64,000 nt of DNA from Clostridia bacterium (GTDB taxonomy: Bacteria > Bacillota > Clostridia > Oscillospirales > CAG-272), in contig JAFVXH010000022.1 in NCBI GenBank assembly GCA_017501225.1, forward strand, positions 4,407-68,406. Reading direction: 5' to 3'. The translations under genes were made by a program, and so were the position numbers. The notes under the pieces were generated by a model. It was not told the DNA's origin. It saw only the letters and a list, made by a program, of their open reading frames with translations, and ran no database searches. Every line of letters starts with the position of its first letter. Position 1 is the first letter of the stretch. This document shows positions 19,154-27,774 of the stretch, one piece after another.

Positions 19154-19615
19154 TCACGGAAGCAAATCACAGATATTGATAATATTCTTTTTCTTTCGCT
19201 TTGCAACCTTGAGTGACTGATACGCACCGCCATAATCGTGATTTACATATGCTATAATCATATCGGCGTTTGCCATCATCCATTCATTCCTTTTTGAAAT
19301 TGCGAATTTTGCAGGTACGCGCTCGATAGGTGGATAAATTGATGTATCGCAAACTCCGTCTTTCTGCATCTGTTGGATTTTTGCTTGCTCTGATAAACTG
19401 ATGAATGGTGTTATGTAGACAAGCTCAATATTGGTATGCTCTTGCTTCAATTCCCGACACACACGGGCACAGATTGCATCGAATTCTCCGTAACCGCCAA
19501 GATAAAAAGTAACCTTCTTTTCGTTGATGAGGTGCTTCTGTATCTGTTCCCTTACAAGTTCTTTCACTCTGCTTTTTAAAGGAACACAAGAATGACCTGC
19601 AAAGCTGATGATCAT
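19154..19615 (-). CDS. SLOG-fold / DUF1273 (YpsA-like) protein
   Basis: Trimmed to MIISFAGHSCVPL.. (GAGGAGAG RBS). FYLGGYGEFDAICAR, VYITPF and RNEWMMANADMIIAYV parallel the B. subtilis YpsA blocks as I recall them. Low GC. Confidence 0.6.
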   Translation of the reverse strand: MIISFAGHSCVPLKSRVKELVREQIQKHLINEKKVTFYLGGYGEFDAICARVCRELKQEHTNIELVYITPFISLSEQAKIQQMQKDGVCDTSIYPPIERVPAKFAISKRNEWMMANADMIIAYVNHDYGGAYQSLKVAKRKKKNIINICDLLP

Positions 19616-19633
19616 ATTTCTCTCCTCGCTTTT

Positions 19634-19645
19634 GTGGAATTCCAC
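19634..19645. promoter_or_regulatory. palindromic operator-like site 1 (GTGGAATTCCAC)
   Basis: Perfect 12-bp palindrome in the divergent XRE/SLOG intergenic region. Confidence 0.55.
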
Positions 19646-19691
19646 GATTTCTGAATATATTATACGTGAAATTAAAAAGTTTGTCAATATC

Positions 19692-19703
19692 GTGGAACTC
19701 CAC
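19692..19703. promoter_or_regulatory. palindromic operator-like site 2 (GTGGAACTCCAC)
   Basis: One-mismatch copy of the same palindrome, 58 bp from site 1. Confidence 0.55.
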
Positions 19704-19736
19704 GAGATAAAAAATTCATATTTTCCTATAATAATT

Positions 19737-19748
19737 GTGGAATTCCGC
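19737..19748. promoter_or_regulatory. palindromic operator-like site 3 (GTGGAATTCCGC)
   Basis: One-mismatch copy, 45 bp from site 2 and just upstream of the XRE RBS. Confidence 0.5.
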
Positions 19749-19763
19749 AAAAAAACGGAGGAT

Positions 19764-20006
19764 ATGAATTTGAAATTGAACGACGCGATCATCAAACGCA
19801 TTGAGGAAGTTTGCAAGGAACGTGGCAGCAACGTATGTGATATCGCCCTGAAGGGTGGAATGTCACCCTCGGCAATTTACGATCTGATCAAGGGAAGGAC
19901 CAAATGCTCAAAGATCATCACTGTCAAACGCTTTTGCGAGGGTGCGGAAATAACGTTATCCGAGTTTTTTGACAGAGATTATTTTAACGCTTCCGAGGAA
20001 GATTGA
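19764..20006 (+). CDS. XRE/Cro-CI family helix-turn-helix transcriptional regulator
   Basis: Trimmed to MNLKLNDAIIKRIEEVCKERGSNVCDIALKGGMSPSAIYDLIKGR.. (ACGGAGGA RBS), 80 aa. Confidence 0.8.
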   Translation: MNLKLNDAIIKRIEEVCKERGSNVCDIALKGGMSPSAIYDLIKGRTKCSKIITVKRFCEGAEITLSEFFDRDYFNASEED

Positions 20007-20023
20007 TTTTTACAAATGCAATT

Positions 20024-20056
20024 AAAAAGGACGGAGAGCTGACTCTGTCCTTTTTG
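20024..20056 (+). terminator. intrinsic terminator after the XRE gene
   Basis: AAAAAGGACGGAGAGCTGACTCTGTCCTTTTTG. Confidence 0.75.
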
Positions 20057-20085
20057 TTGTATATGACAGTCCTTTCAAATAAATA

Positions 20086-20114
20086 TTGACTCTTTATCGA
20101 TTTTGTGGTATAAT
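20086..20114 (+). promoter_or_regulatory. promoter for the preQ1 riboswitch-queT transcript
   Basis: TTGACT (20086-20091), 17-nt spacer, TGgTATAAT (-10 at 20109-20114). Confidence 0.65.
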
Positions 20115-20156
20115 AAGCGAAGTGAGGCGATTTTCAAAGCATGGAAAAAGCCTTAC

Positions 20157-20199
20157 GGGTGAGTTCGAAACCATCCTCACCGAAAACAAAACTAAGGAG
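20157..20199 (+). promoter_or_regulatory. preQ1-I riboswitch
   Basis: GGUGAG-UUCGAAACCAUC-CUCACC hairpin followed by the A-rich tail GAAAACAAAACUAAGGAG, which includes the SD. The layout resembles the Tte/Bsu preQ1-I aptamers as I recall them. Sits directly upstream of queT. Confidence 0.7.
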
Positions 20200-20205
20200 T
20201 ATATC

Positions 20206-20721
20206 ATGAAGCGAAACACACAAAAGAAGAGGATCCTTTGGATCTGCCAAGGGGGGCTTGTTGCCGCCCTGTACGTCGTCCTGACCGTGCTGATCAGCTC
20301 GATCGGGCTTGCAAGCGGAGCCATTCAGCTGCGCGTATCGGAGGCGCTGTGCATCCTGCCGATCTTTATGCCTGCGGCGATCCCGGGACTGACCGTCGGA
20401 TGTCTGATCTCCAATCTGATCACCAACGGCATCTGGCAGGACGTGGTATTCGGAACGCTGGCGACGCTGATCGGTGCCCTCGGAGCATACGGTTGCCGCT
20501 ACATCCGTCCCGACACACTGGGGGCGTTCTTAGCTCCTTTTCCGACGGTGCTTGCCAACACGCTGATCGTGCCGTTCGTCCTGGCTTACGGATACGGAAT
20601 GCAGGACGGGATCCTGCTTTTGATGTCGACGGTCGGGATCGGTGAATTTTTGTCGGCATACTGTCTGGGACTTCTGCTTTGGGTCAGCCTGCGAAAATAT
20701 AAGGACAAGCTGTTCATGTAA
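20206..20721 (+). CDS. queT: queuosine-precursor transporter QueT
   Basis: Trimmed to MKRNTQKKRILWICQGGLVAALYVVLT.. 171 aa, polytopic membrane protein. ..RVSEALCILP.. is typical of the QueT family as I recall it. Confidence 0.8.
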   Translation: MKRNTQKKRILWICQGGLVAALYVVLTVLISSIGLASGAIQLRVSEALCILPIFMPAAIPGLTVGCLISNLITNGIWQDVVFGTLATLIGALGAYGCRYIRPDTLGAFLAPFPTVLANTLIVPFVLAYGYGMQDGILLLMSTVGIGEFLSAYCLGLLLWVSLRKYKDKLFM

Positions 20722-20755
20722 AAAATACGAGTCAAATTCGGGAAAGGAGGGCGTT

Positions 20756-22111
20756 ATGGAGCACCGTTGTAATCTGATTTTGCCGGATCCTGTCGCGCAT
20801 GCGCTGGAGCGCTTGGAGCGTGCGGGATACGAGGCGTATGCCGTCGGCGGATGCGTGCGGGATTCTCTTTTGGGAAGAGCTCCGAACGATTGGGATATCA
20901 CCACCTCCGCCCGCCCCGAGGAAACCGCGCGCGCCTTTTCGGATTGCAGAACGGTCGAGATCGGCGTCCGTCACGGAACGCTGACGGTGATCCTTGAGGG
21001 AATGCCGCTGGAAATCACCACCTTCCGAAGCGACGGTGTCTACGAGGACAATCGCCATCCCGTGCAGGTGCGCTTTTCCATGTCCGTCGAGGAGGATCTT
21101 TCGCGCCGCGATTTTACCGTCAACGCGATGGCATATCATCCGAAGCGGGGACTTGTGGACGTATTTGGAGGTCTGGAGGATCTGCACGCCCGCCGCATTC
21201 GCTGCGTGGGGGATGCCAAGACCCGCTTTTGCGAGGACGGTCTGCGGATTTTGCGTGCCATCCGCTTTGCATCCGTGCTGGATTTTTCCGTCGAGGCGCA
21301 GACTGCCTCTGCCGTGCACGAGTGCCGTGGGCTTCTTTCCAACATCGCGCCCGAGCGCATCCGTGTGGAGCTTTGCAAGCTGGTGTGCGGCAAGGGTGCC
21401 GTTGCTATTTTGCGCGAGTACGTGGACGTGTTGGGTGAGTTTCTCCCCGAGCTCCTTCCCATGGTGGGGAAGGATCAGAACACGAAGTATCATTGCTTCG
21501 ACGTCTACGAGCACACCCTGCAGGCGCTTGCGTTTGCGGACGAAAGTGCCGATCTGATCACACGTCTTGCGATCCTGTTTCACGATATCGGAAAGCCCTT
21601 GTGCTATACCGAGGACGAGCTTGGCGGGCATTTTAAGGGACACGCCGGTAAGGGAAAGGAGATTGTGGAGGACATCTGCCACCGTCTGCGTTTCGACAAT
21701 GCGACAAGGGATTCGCTCGTTCTGTTGGTCGAGCGACACGATCCGCCGCTTTCCGCCGAGCCCAAGGCAGTCAAGCGATTGATGCGGCAGATGCGGGACG
21801 AGGATATTTTCCGCCTTTTGGAGGTCAAGCGGTGTGACCGCTTGGCGCATGCAAAGGGATATGACGCGCCACCTCCCGAGCTGGAACAAATTCCGCAGGT
21901 GATGCAGCAGATCCGCGAAGCGGACGCTTGCCTGTCCCTGAAAAGCCTTGCCGTCAAGGGGGATGATCTGATGAAGATCGGGATCCCGAAGGGCAGGGCG
22001 ATCGGCGAGATCCTTGCCGGGCTTTTGGAATCGGTATTGGATGAGGCGCTTCCCAATGAAAAGGATGCCCTCCTGACAGCGGCGAAAGAGCTTTGGAATA
22101 CGAAAAAATAA
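20756..22111 (+). CDS. cca: CCA-adding tRNA nucleotidyltransferase with HD domain
   Basis: Trimmed to MEHRCNLILPDPVAHALERLERAGYEAYAVGGCVRDSLLGR..DWDI. HD region ..LFHDIGKP... GGAAAGGAGG RBS. Confidence 0.9.
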   Translation: MEHRCNLILPDPVAHALERLERAGYEAYAVGGCVRDSLLGRAPNDWDITTSARPEETARAFSDCRTVEIGVRHGTLTVILEGMPLEITTFRSDGVYEDNRHPVQVRFSMSVEEDLSRRDFTVNAMAYHPKRGLVDVFGGLEDLHARRIRCVGDAKTRFCEDGLRILRAIRFASVLDFSVEAQTASAVHECRGLLSNIAPERIRVELCKLVCGKGAVAILREYVDVLGEFLPELLPMVGKDQNTKYHCFDVYEHTLQALAFADESADLITRLAILFHDIGKPLCYTEDELGGHFKGHAGKGKEIVEDICHRLRFDNATRDSLVLLVERHDPPLSAEPKAVKRLMRQMRDEDIFRLLEVKRCDRLAHAKGYDAPPPELEQIPQVMQQIREADACLSLKSLAVKGDDLMKIGIPKGRAIGEILAGLLESVLDEALPNEKDALLTAAKELWNTKK

Positions 22112-22153
22112 AAAAGAAACCGAGGAACGGATTTCCGTTCCTCGGTGTTTTTT
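22112..22153. terminator. bidirectional intrinsic terminator (cca / lipoprotein gene)
   Basis: AAAAAAGAAACCGAGGAACGG-atttc-CGTTCCTCGGTGTTTTTTG. Confidence 0.8.
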
Positions 22154-22164
22154 GCATATGTGAA

Positions 22165-23850
22165 TTATTGAGGCAAATCCACCTTCTCATTCGTCATTGT
22201 GGGCATGGTGATGCTGGTCTGAGCCGTCTGCTCCGGACCCGCGCCGGGCTGTCCGCCGGGATCGTTCTCGCTTGCGATGATGCGATCGTACTCAGCGAGT
22301 GCGTCCTCCTTGGTTTTCAGGATCTCCTCGGTGATCTCGGGGAAGTTGGTCACGGTTTCGGTAATGCGTGCCGTCAGGGTCATATCCGTCACGGCTTCAC
22401 CGTTCTGCTTTTCAAGCATGCCGATGCTAACGGTCCAGCCCTCCTCAGTGGTATCACCGACGACGGTGAAGGTCGTATCGGACAGGTAAGCTGCCTGATA
22501 TTTCTCGGTTGCGGCCTGATCCAGGATCTGCTCGTAGGTTTCCTTGTCCCAGGTGTATGCCTTGACGTTGGTGGTGGTCTGGTTGAAGGTCACGTTTGCA
22601 AACTGATCGCCTGCGTTCTCGGTCTTGGAAAGGTCAAGCATCAGATCAAGCTTGACGTTGGTATCGCCGTAGATATCAAAGTCCTCGCTCTCATAGTAAT
22701 CGCCCTTCTCGGGGTGAGTTACCAACTTCTCTTCCCACTCAGAGCCAAGATAGTCTTCCACGGTGGTAACGTCCAGCTTTACTTTTGCGCCGCAGATATC
22801 GTCACCCTGGTACAGGATCTCAAGGGAAGCGGACTGCGTCACAAGAGCACCGTCCTCGCCCTGAGGCAATGCAGCGGTGATGGCAAGCTTCTGGGGAAGC
22901 TCCGCGCCTTCGTTCATTGCAAAGGATACCTCGATCTTGAAGGCGTCAAGCTCAAAATCCTCGGTGTCAATGGCTTCCTTTACCTCGGCGAGAAGGTCGA
23001 GGGCGAGAAGCTTCTGATTCTTCATGGTTACGTCAAGCTGGAAGGTGATGGCATCAATAGCGGCATCGATCATGCCCTTTGCGTAGGTCATCGCCTCCTG
23101 AAGCTCTGCGTCGGTAGCACCTTCCTGCTCTGCCTTGAAGCCAAGGTACTGCTCAATGTAAGCATGGGCAACCTTTTGGATGTACTCCTTCTTGACGGAG
23201 AAGACGTTGTCCTTTGTCATGGTCAGGTCGTCTGCGGTGAACTCGGGAATGTCAAATTTGAATTCGGGGGCATCGTCCTCCTCGGGGATCTCACTCATAA
23301 AGGGGGAAATGACACCGCCGTTGATGGAATCGAAGTTGGGAATCAGATCGCTGACGTTCCAGCCGTCACCGACGAACTTGCCGGTCTCCGGATCCTGCTG
23401 CAGGAAAACGGCCTTGAAGTCCTCCTCAAGGAAGAGAAGGAATGCGCCCTGGTTAGGAGCTGCTACGTAGAGAATACCGTCCTTGATCTGCAGAGTGGCA
23501 AAATTGGTGAGCGTCTGCTCGCCCTGCGTTGCGTCTACCTTTGCCTCGAGCGTGATCGCGGCGATCTCGTCGTAAAGCTCTGCGAGTGCTTCATCGGTCA
23601 GAACGTCCTCGACGGAGGGAGTCTCATCGGAAGAAGCGTTGGTCAGGAGCTCGTTGATGCCGCTGACCAGAGCTGCCTGGTTTGCCTCAGGCGTATTGCT
23701 GACGGTGGGGGGAGTTAAGGGGGTGTCAGGATTGGCGGTAGTGGTTGCCTCGGTGGTCTGCTCGCCGCCGTTGGTTCCGCCGCAAGCGATGAACAGCATG
23801 CTCATGCACAGAAGAACTGCGATGAGAGCCAAAAGCTTGGTTTGTTTCAT
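22165..23850 (-). CDS. acidic lipoprotein of unknown function
   Basis: 561 aa. Signal peptide with lipobox MKQTKLLALIAVLLCMSMLFIACGG. Thr/Pro-rich linker, then a D/E-rich body with no motif I recognise. Confidence 0.7.
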   Translation of the reverse strand: MKQTKLLALIAVLLCMSMLFIACGGTNGGEQTTEATTTANPDTPLTPPTVSNTPEANQAALVSGINELLTNASSDETPSVEDVLTDEALAELYDEIAAITLEAKVDATQGEQTLTNFATLQIKDGILYVAAPNQGAFLLFLEEDFKAVFLQQDPETGKFVGDGWNVSDLIPNFDSINGGVISPFMSEIPEEDDAPEFKFDIPEFTADDLTMTKDNVFSVKKEYIQKVAHAYIEQYLGFKAEQEGATDAELQEAMTYAKGMIDAAIDAITFQLDVTMKNQKLLALDLLAEVKEAIDTEDFELDAFKIEVSFAMNEGAELPQKLAITAALPQGEDGALVTQSASLEILYQGDDICGAKVKLDVTTVEDYLGSEWEEKLVTHPEKGDYYESEDFDIYGDTNVKLDLMLDLSKTENAGDQFANVTFNQTTTNVKAYTWDKETYEQILDQAATEKYQAAYLSDTTFTVVGDTTEEGWTVSIGMLEKQNGEAVTDMTLTARITETVTNFPEITEEILKTKEDALAEYDRIIASENDPGGQPGAGPEQTAQTSITMPTMTNEKVDLPQ

Positions 23851-23905
23851 GATTACAAATTCCTTTCGTAGATGTATTGGTCGGTGAATACCGACCGTTG
23901 GTTAC

Positions 23906-23935
23906 ATTATAGCACAGATGCGTTTGATTTGTCAA
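23906..23935 (-). promoter_or_regulatory. promoter for the lipoprotein gene
   Basis: Minus strand reads TTGACA (23935-23930), 18-nt spacer, TATAAT (23911-23906). Confidence 0.55.
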
Positions 23936-24012
23936 TGTTTTCTCCGATTTTTTCAACGCTTTTTCTGACAGAGAAAAAGATGGGAAACGTCGGTTGTGCG
24001 TGTCTTTCGGAA

Positions 24013-24045
24013 AAATCCCCCGCATGCTTGCGGCACGCGGGGGAA
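24013..24045 (-). terminator. intrinsic terminator after the flotillin gene
   Basis: Minus strand reads CCCCCGCGTGCCGCAAGCATGCGGGGG followed by ATTTTTCC. Confidence 0.65.
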
Positions 24046-24052
24046 AAGGGGA

Positions 24053-25450
24053 TTATTCCTCGATCGGTTCTTCCGCCGCCGGAGCGTTCTCCTCTATCTT
24101 TTTACCAAGGAGAGAGGGAAGCTGCATGCCTGCCATGGTAAAGACCTCATCCAAGGGAGGAACGGATTTCATCATTCCCGAGATGAAGTTTGCCGTGGAG
24201 GTCTTTCCGTCGGCACCCTGTCCTCCGTCCCAGACGGTGACCTTGTCGATCTTGATGTTCTTGATGGCGTCTACCTGAACGCGCATCAGATCCTCAAGCT
24301 TGTCGGCGATCAGGAGCTTGAGAGCTGCGTCGGAATCTCCGCCCGCGGACTGCACGATCTCAGCAAAGCCCGCAGCCTGCTTTTTCAGAATTTCCTCCAT
24401 ACCGCGCGCCTCAGCCTGCATCTTTGCGTAGATGGCGTCTGCCTCACCGCGTGCTTTTCTGCGGAGCTGCTCTGCCTCAGCCTCAGCGGCAAGCTCCATT
24501 TCCTTCTTCTTTGCCTCGGCGCGGACGATGATGTCTGCCTCAAGCGTTGCCTGCTCCTTGGCACGTCTTGCTTCCTCGGCGGCACGCTCTGCGGCGTAGG
24601 ATTCCTCCAACGCTCTTGCGGCCTGGATTTTTTCTGCCGTGGTCGAGATCTTGAGCGCCTCGGCTTCCTTTTCCTTCAGGGCAGCCTCGGACATCGCGAT
24701 CTTCATCTTGGCTTCGTTTTCACCCTGGATCGCTACAGAGTTTGCCTCTGCGACCTTGATTCTCTGATCCATCTTTGCATTCGCTTCACCGATCGAGCCG
24801 TCTCTGTCCTGCTCGGCGACGCTTCTCTTTGCGTCGTTGATCGCCTTAGCGGCAGCTTCCTTACCAAGGGCTGCGATGTATCCCGACTCGTCGCTGATAT
24901 CGGTGACGTTGACGTTGATCAGGCGCAGACCGATCTTTTTCAGCTCGGTTTCGACGTTGCTGCTGACAGCGGCCAGGAACTTGTCGCGGTCGGTATTGAT
25001 CTCCTCAATATCCATGGTCGCGATGATCAGACGGAGCTGACCGAAGATGATATCCTTGGAGAGCTCCTGGATCTCGGAAAGCTGAAGACCGAGAAGGCGC
25101 TCTGCGGCGTTCTGCATGACACCGGGCTCGGTGGAAATACCGACGGTGAAGCGGGAGGGAACGTCAATACGGATGTTCTGTCTGGAAAGCGCATTCTTCA
25201 GGTCGACCTGGATCGAGATGGGAGTCAGATCCAGATAGGAGTAGGACTGGAACACCGGAATGATGAATTCCGCGCCGCCGTGAATGCATTTCGCGCTGCG
25301 GTTGGTACCGTCCTTGTTCTTTCCGATCGAGCCGTAGACGACCATGATCTTGTCGGAGGGGCACTTCTTATATCTGGAGCAGATCCAGAATATGAAGGAC
25401 ACCAGGATCAAAACCAAGGCACAGATGAGATAGATGATTTCGGGCTTCAT
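24053..25450 (-). CDS. flotillin-like SPFH-domain protein (FloT/YuaG-like)
   Basis: 465 aa. N-terminal TM, SPFH/band-7 region, then a long Ala/Glu-rich coiled coil (..AEAEAEQLRRKARGEADA..). GGAGGA RBS. Confidence 0.85.
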   Translation of the reverse strand: MKPEIIYLICALVLILVSFIFWICSRYKKCPSDKIMVVYGSIGKNKDGTNRSAKCIHGGAEFIIPVFQSYSYLDLTPISIQVDLKNALSRQNIRIDVPSRFTVGISTEPGVMQNAAERLLGLQLSEIQELSKDIIFGQLRLIIATMDIEEINTDRDKFLAAVSSNVETELKKIGLRLINVNVTDISDESGYIAALGKEAAAKAINDAKRSVAEQDRDGSIGEANAKMDQRIKVAEANSVAIQGENEAKMKIAMSEAALKEKEAEALKISTTAEKIQAARALEESYAAERAAEEARRAKEQATLEADIIVRAEAKKKEMELAAEAEAEQLRRKARGEADAIYAKMQAEARGMEEILKKQAAGFAEIVQSAGGDSDAALKLLIADKLEDLMRVQVDAIKNIKIDKVTVWDGGQGADGKTSTANFISGMMKSVPPLDEVFTMAGMQLPSLLGKKIEENAPAAEEPIEE

Positions 25451-25499
25451 AAGTAAATCCTCCTTGTTTGTGTTTATTTTTTAAAAACTAAGACCTACG

Positions 25500-26144
25500 T
25501 TATTTGCGCTTGACCAGAAGATCGTTCTCTCCGATCAAGCCGATCACCGTGACCATGCTGCCCGTGGGGATGGGCTCTTTGTCATCGGTAAAGGCTTCAC
25601 GCTCGACGTAAACGCCCTGCAGAAGCAGATGGACCTTGCCCTCACCCGTGCGGGAGGGGGGAATGGTCAGATGCACCTTTGCATCCTTGCCAATGGCATT
25701 CCGATTGTCCAGATTTCCGTCGCCTCGCAGCTTCATGACTCCACGGAACAGAAAAGCGAGCGCGATCATCATGGCGGCACCGCAAACGAAGGCTACGGGA
25801 ACGGAGATATACAGCGCAACCCCAAGGCTCTCCATCACCACGCCGACCCAGCCGAATACGACGAGGAAGGCGATGATGCCTCGCACGGTAAAGATACGCA
25901 AGCCGTCAAGACCGGACACGTCGTGGTCAACGGGGAGGTCCTCGTTACCGAATACGCCGTCGGGAGCATCGGCATCCACGTCCGCATCAAGATCCACGTC
26001 CCCGTCACCGAAGCCGTCGGACTCACCCGAGAGTCCCAAAAACATCAACAGCGTCTGGATCAGCAGGACCAGAGTAGAGGGAATTGCGATACAGTAAAAG
26101 ATCTGCGCCGCAAGTCCTAAGTTGTTCCACCATTCCAACATCAT
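25500..26144 (-). CDS. NfeD-like membrane protein (YuaF-like partner of flotillin)
   Basis: Trimmed to MMLEWWNNLGLAAQIFYCIAIP.. (AAAGGAG RBS). Several TM helices, an acidic loop, and a C-terminal OB-like segment GEGKVHLLLQGVYVEREA.. Lies immediately upstream of the flotillin gene. Confidence 0.75.
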   Translation of the reverse strand: MMLEWWNNLGLAAQIFYCIAIPSTLVLLIQTLLMFLGLSGESDGFGDGDVDLDADVDADAPDGVFGNEDLPVDHDVSGLDGLRIFTVRGIIAFLVVFGWVGVVMESLGVALYISVPVAFVCGAAMMIALAFLFRGVMKLRGDGNLDNRNAIGKDAKVHLTIPPSRTGEGKVHLLLQGVYVEREAFTDDKEPIPTGSMVTVIGLIGENDLLVKRK

Positions 26145-26260
26145 TTTTCTCCTTTCTGAACCGATGGAATTTGCAATATTCAAAAGTCTATGCGTCGATC
26201 TGCCGTCTTGATTTTTGATTGCTTGACGGAGTGAGGAACGCACTTCCTGAATACGCTTTG

Positions 26261-26289
26261 ATTATATCACACGGTCATGTGATTGTCAA
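26261..26289 (-). promoter_or_regulatory. consensus promoter for the nfeD-flotillin operon
   Basis: Minus strand reads TTGACA (26289-26284), 17-nt spacer, TATAAT (26266-26261). Confidence 0.6.
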
Positions 26290-26367
26290 GAGGTTTTGGT
26301 GAGATTTTTTCGATTTTCCGTTTTGCACAATTTTGAAAAATGCTTTTGTGGACTCTATACAAAACGC

Positions 26368-26395
26368 TCCCACGCCGCAATGACGTGGGAGCAAA
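26368..26395 (-). terminator. intrinsic terminator ending the scfA-scfB-decarboxylase operon
   Basis: Minus strand reads GCTCCCACG-tcattgcgg-CGTGGGAGC followed by GTTTTG. Confidence 0.6.
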
Positions 26396-26412
26396 AGGTC
26401 TTATCCTATTTA

Positions 26413-27774
26413 TTATTTTGCGGGCTCCTCATCCTCGGTTACCACGTCGACCGCGTCCATTCCGTAGAGCGAAAGAAGCGCGGCGGTCTCCCCCGTGATG
26501 CGCTCACCGCACAGAACGATCGGAATGGCGGGGGGACAGGAAAGCGTGGGGATCGCGCAGACGCGTCCGATTGCTGCCTGCGTAGGAATGCGCTCCTTGC
26601 TTGCAAGCAGAGCCTTGCGCATCGTCATTGCGGGGGAAGCGGGAGTGGGGATCGGGTGGGAAAGTGACGCGAGCGGTGTCTTTTTCGGCAACGCGCACAG
26701 CACCGAGCAAAGATGCTCGATCTCCGCGTCCGTGTTCGCGGGGGAGAGCATCAGGACGGCATAGGCGTCGTCGTGGAATTCGATGAAGATATGATGCTCC
26801 GAAAGGTACGAAGCAAGCTCATGCCCCGAATATCCGTACGCGCGTGTCGGGAGCGTCAGCTTCAGAGGCTCGCCATCGGGGAGCGTCCAGCCGTTTTCGC
26901 GGAGTCTTTGCTTGACGGCGGTCAATTTCTCGATGGTATGGGCGAGCGCCTTCGGGTAGTCCGACGAAAGGATTGCATTGCACAGATCCAAGGATTGCAA
27001 AATCAGGTAGGACGGACTTGTGGATGAGAACACCGACAGCAAGGAGCGCGCGTTCTGCGCGTAAATGGCGGGGGCGTCGGCAGAAATATGCAGATAAGCG
27101 CCACCCGTCAGGGCGGGAAGCGTTTTATGCGCCGAATCGCAGCACATGGTCGCGCCAAGCGCGATCGGATGCTCAGACGGAGAAAGAAACGCAAGGTACG
27201 CTCCGTGCGCGTTGTCCACGAGAAGCGGAACCCCGTATCTCTTGCAGACGGCGGAAAGTCCGGCGATATCCAGGCGGTTTCCCAGATAATCGGGCGAGGT
27301 TACGTAGCAAGCGGCAACGGGTGCTTCGCTTGTCCGTAAGGCACTCTCAAGATCTGCGGGCGTGATGGGGCATTCGCACAGATGTGCGCGTTCTTTTGGG
27401 TAGAGCCACGCGACGTTGACATCCAGCAGGGCTGCCGCGAACACGAAGGCACGGTGCGCGTTCCGAGCTGCCAAAACCGTGGGGACGGTACCTTTTTTTG
27501 CACCCTGTACCGCAAGAGCGAGCATCGCCTTGATGGCAAGGGTCGATCCTTCGCAGGAATAAAAGGTGTGTCCCACGCCGAACAGAGAGGCGGCGTTTCT
27601 CTCACTTTCCGCAATGATTCCGTGGGCGGCGGACAGATCGTCCGCACCGTCGATCTCGGTAATATCCAATGCCTCGCAGCCAAGAATTGCGCATCCCTTG
27701 TGCGCGGGCATATGAAACCTTGCAGGGTTCTTTTCGGCGTATGCCCTTACAAAATCCGCGATCGGGGTATTCAT
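26413..27774 (-). CDS. Orn/Lys/Arg decarboxylase-family PLP-dependent enzyme
   Basis: 453 aa. MNTPIADFVRAYAEKNPARFHMPAHKG.. and the PLP-lysine region CDSAHKTLPALTGGAYLH. Its ATG overlaps the scfB stop by 4 nt. Confidence 0.8.
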   Translation of the reverse strand: MNTPIADFVRAYAEKNPARFHMPAHKGCAILGCEALDITEIDGADDLSAAHGIIAESERNAASLFGVGHTFYSCEGSTLAIKAMLALAVQGAKKGTVPTVLAARNAHRAFVFAAALLDVNVAWLYPKERAHLCECPITPADLESALRTSEAPVAACYVTSPDYLGNRLDIAGLSAVCKRYGVPLLVDNAHGAYLAFLSPSEHPIALGATMCCDSAHKTLPALTGGAYLHISADAPAIYAQNARSLLSVFSSTSPSYLILQSLDLCNAILSSDYPKALAHTIEKLTAVKQRLRENGWTLPDGEPLKLTLPTRAYGYSGHELASYLSEHHIFIEFHDDAYAVLMLSPANTDAEIEHLCSVLCALPKKTPLASLSHPIPTPASPAMTMRKALLASKERIPTQAAIGRVCAIPTLSCPPAIPIVLCGERITGETAALLSLYGMDAVDVVTEDEEPAK

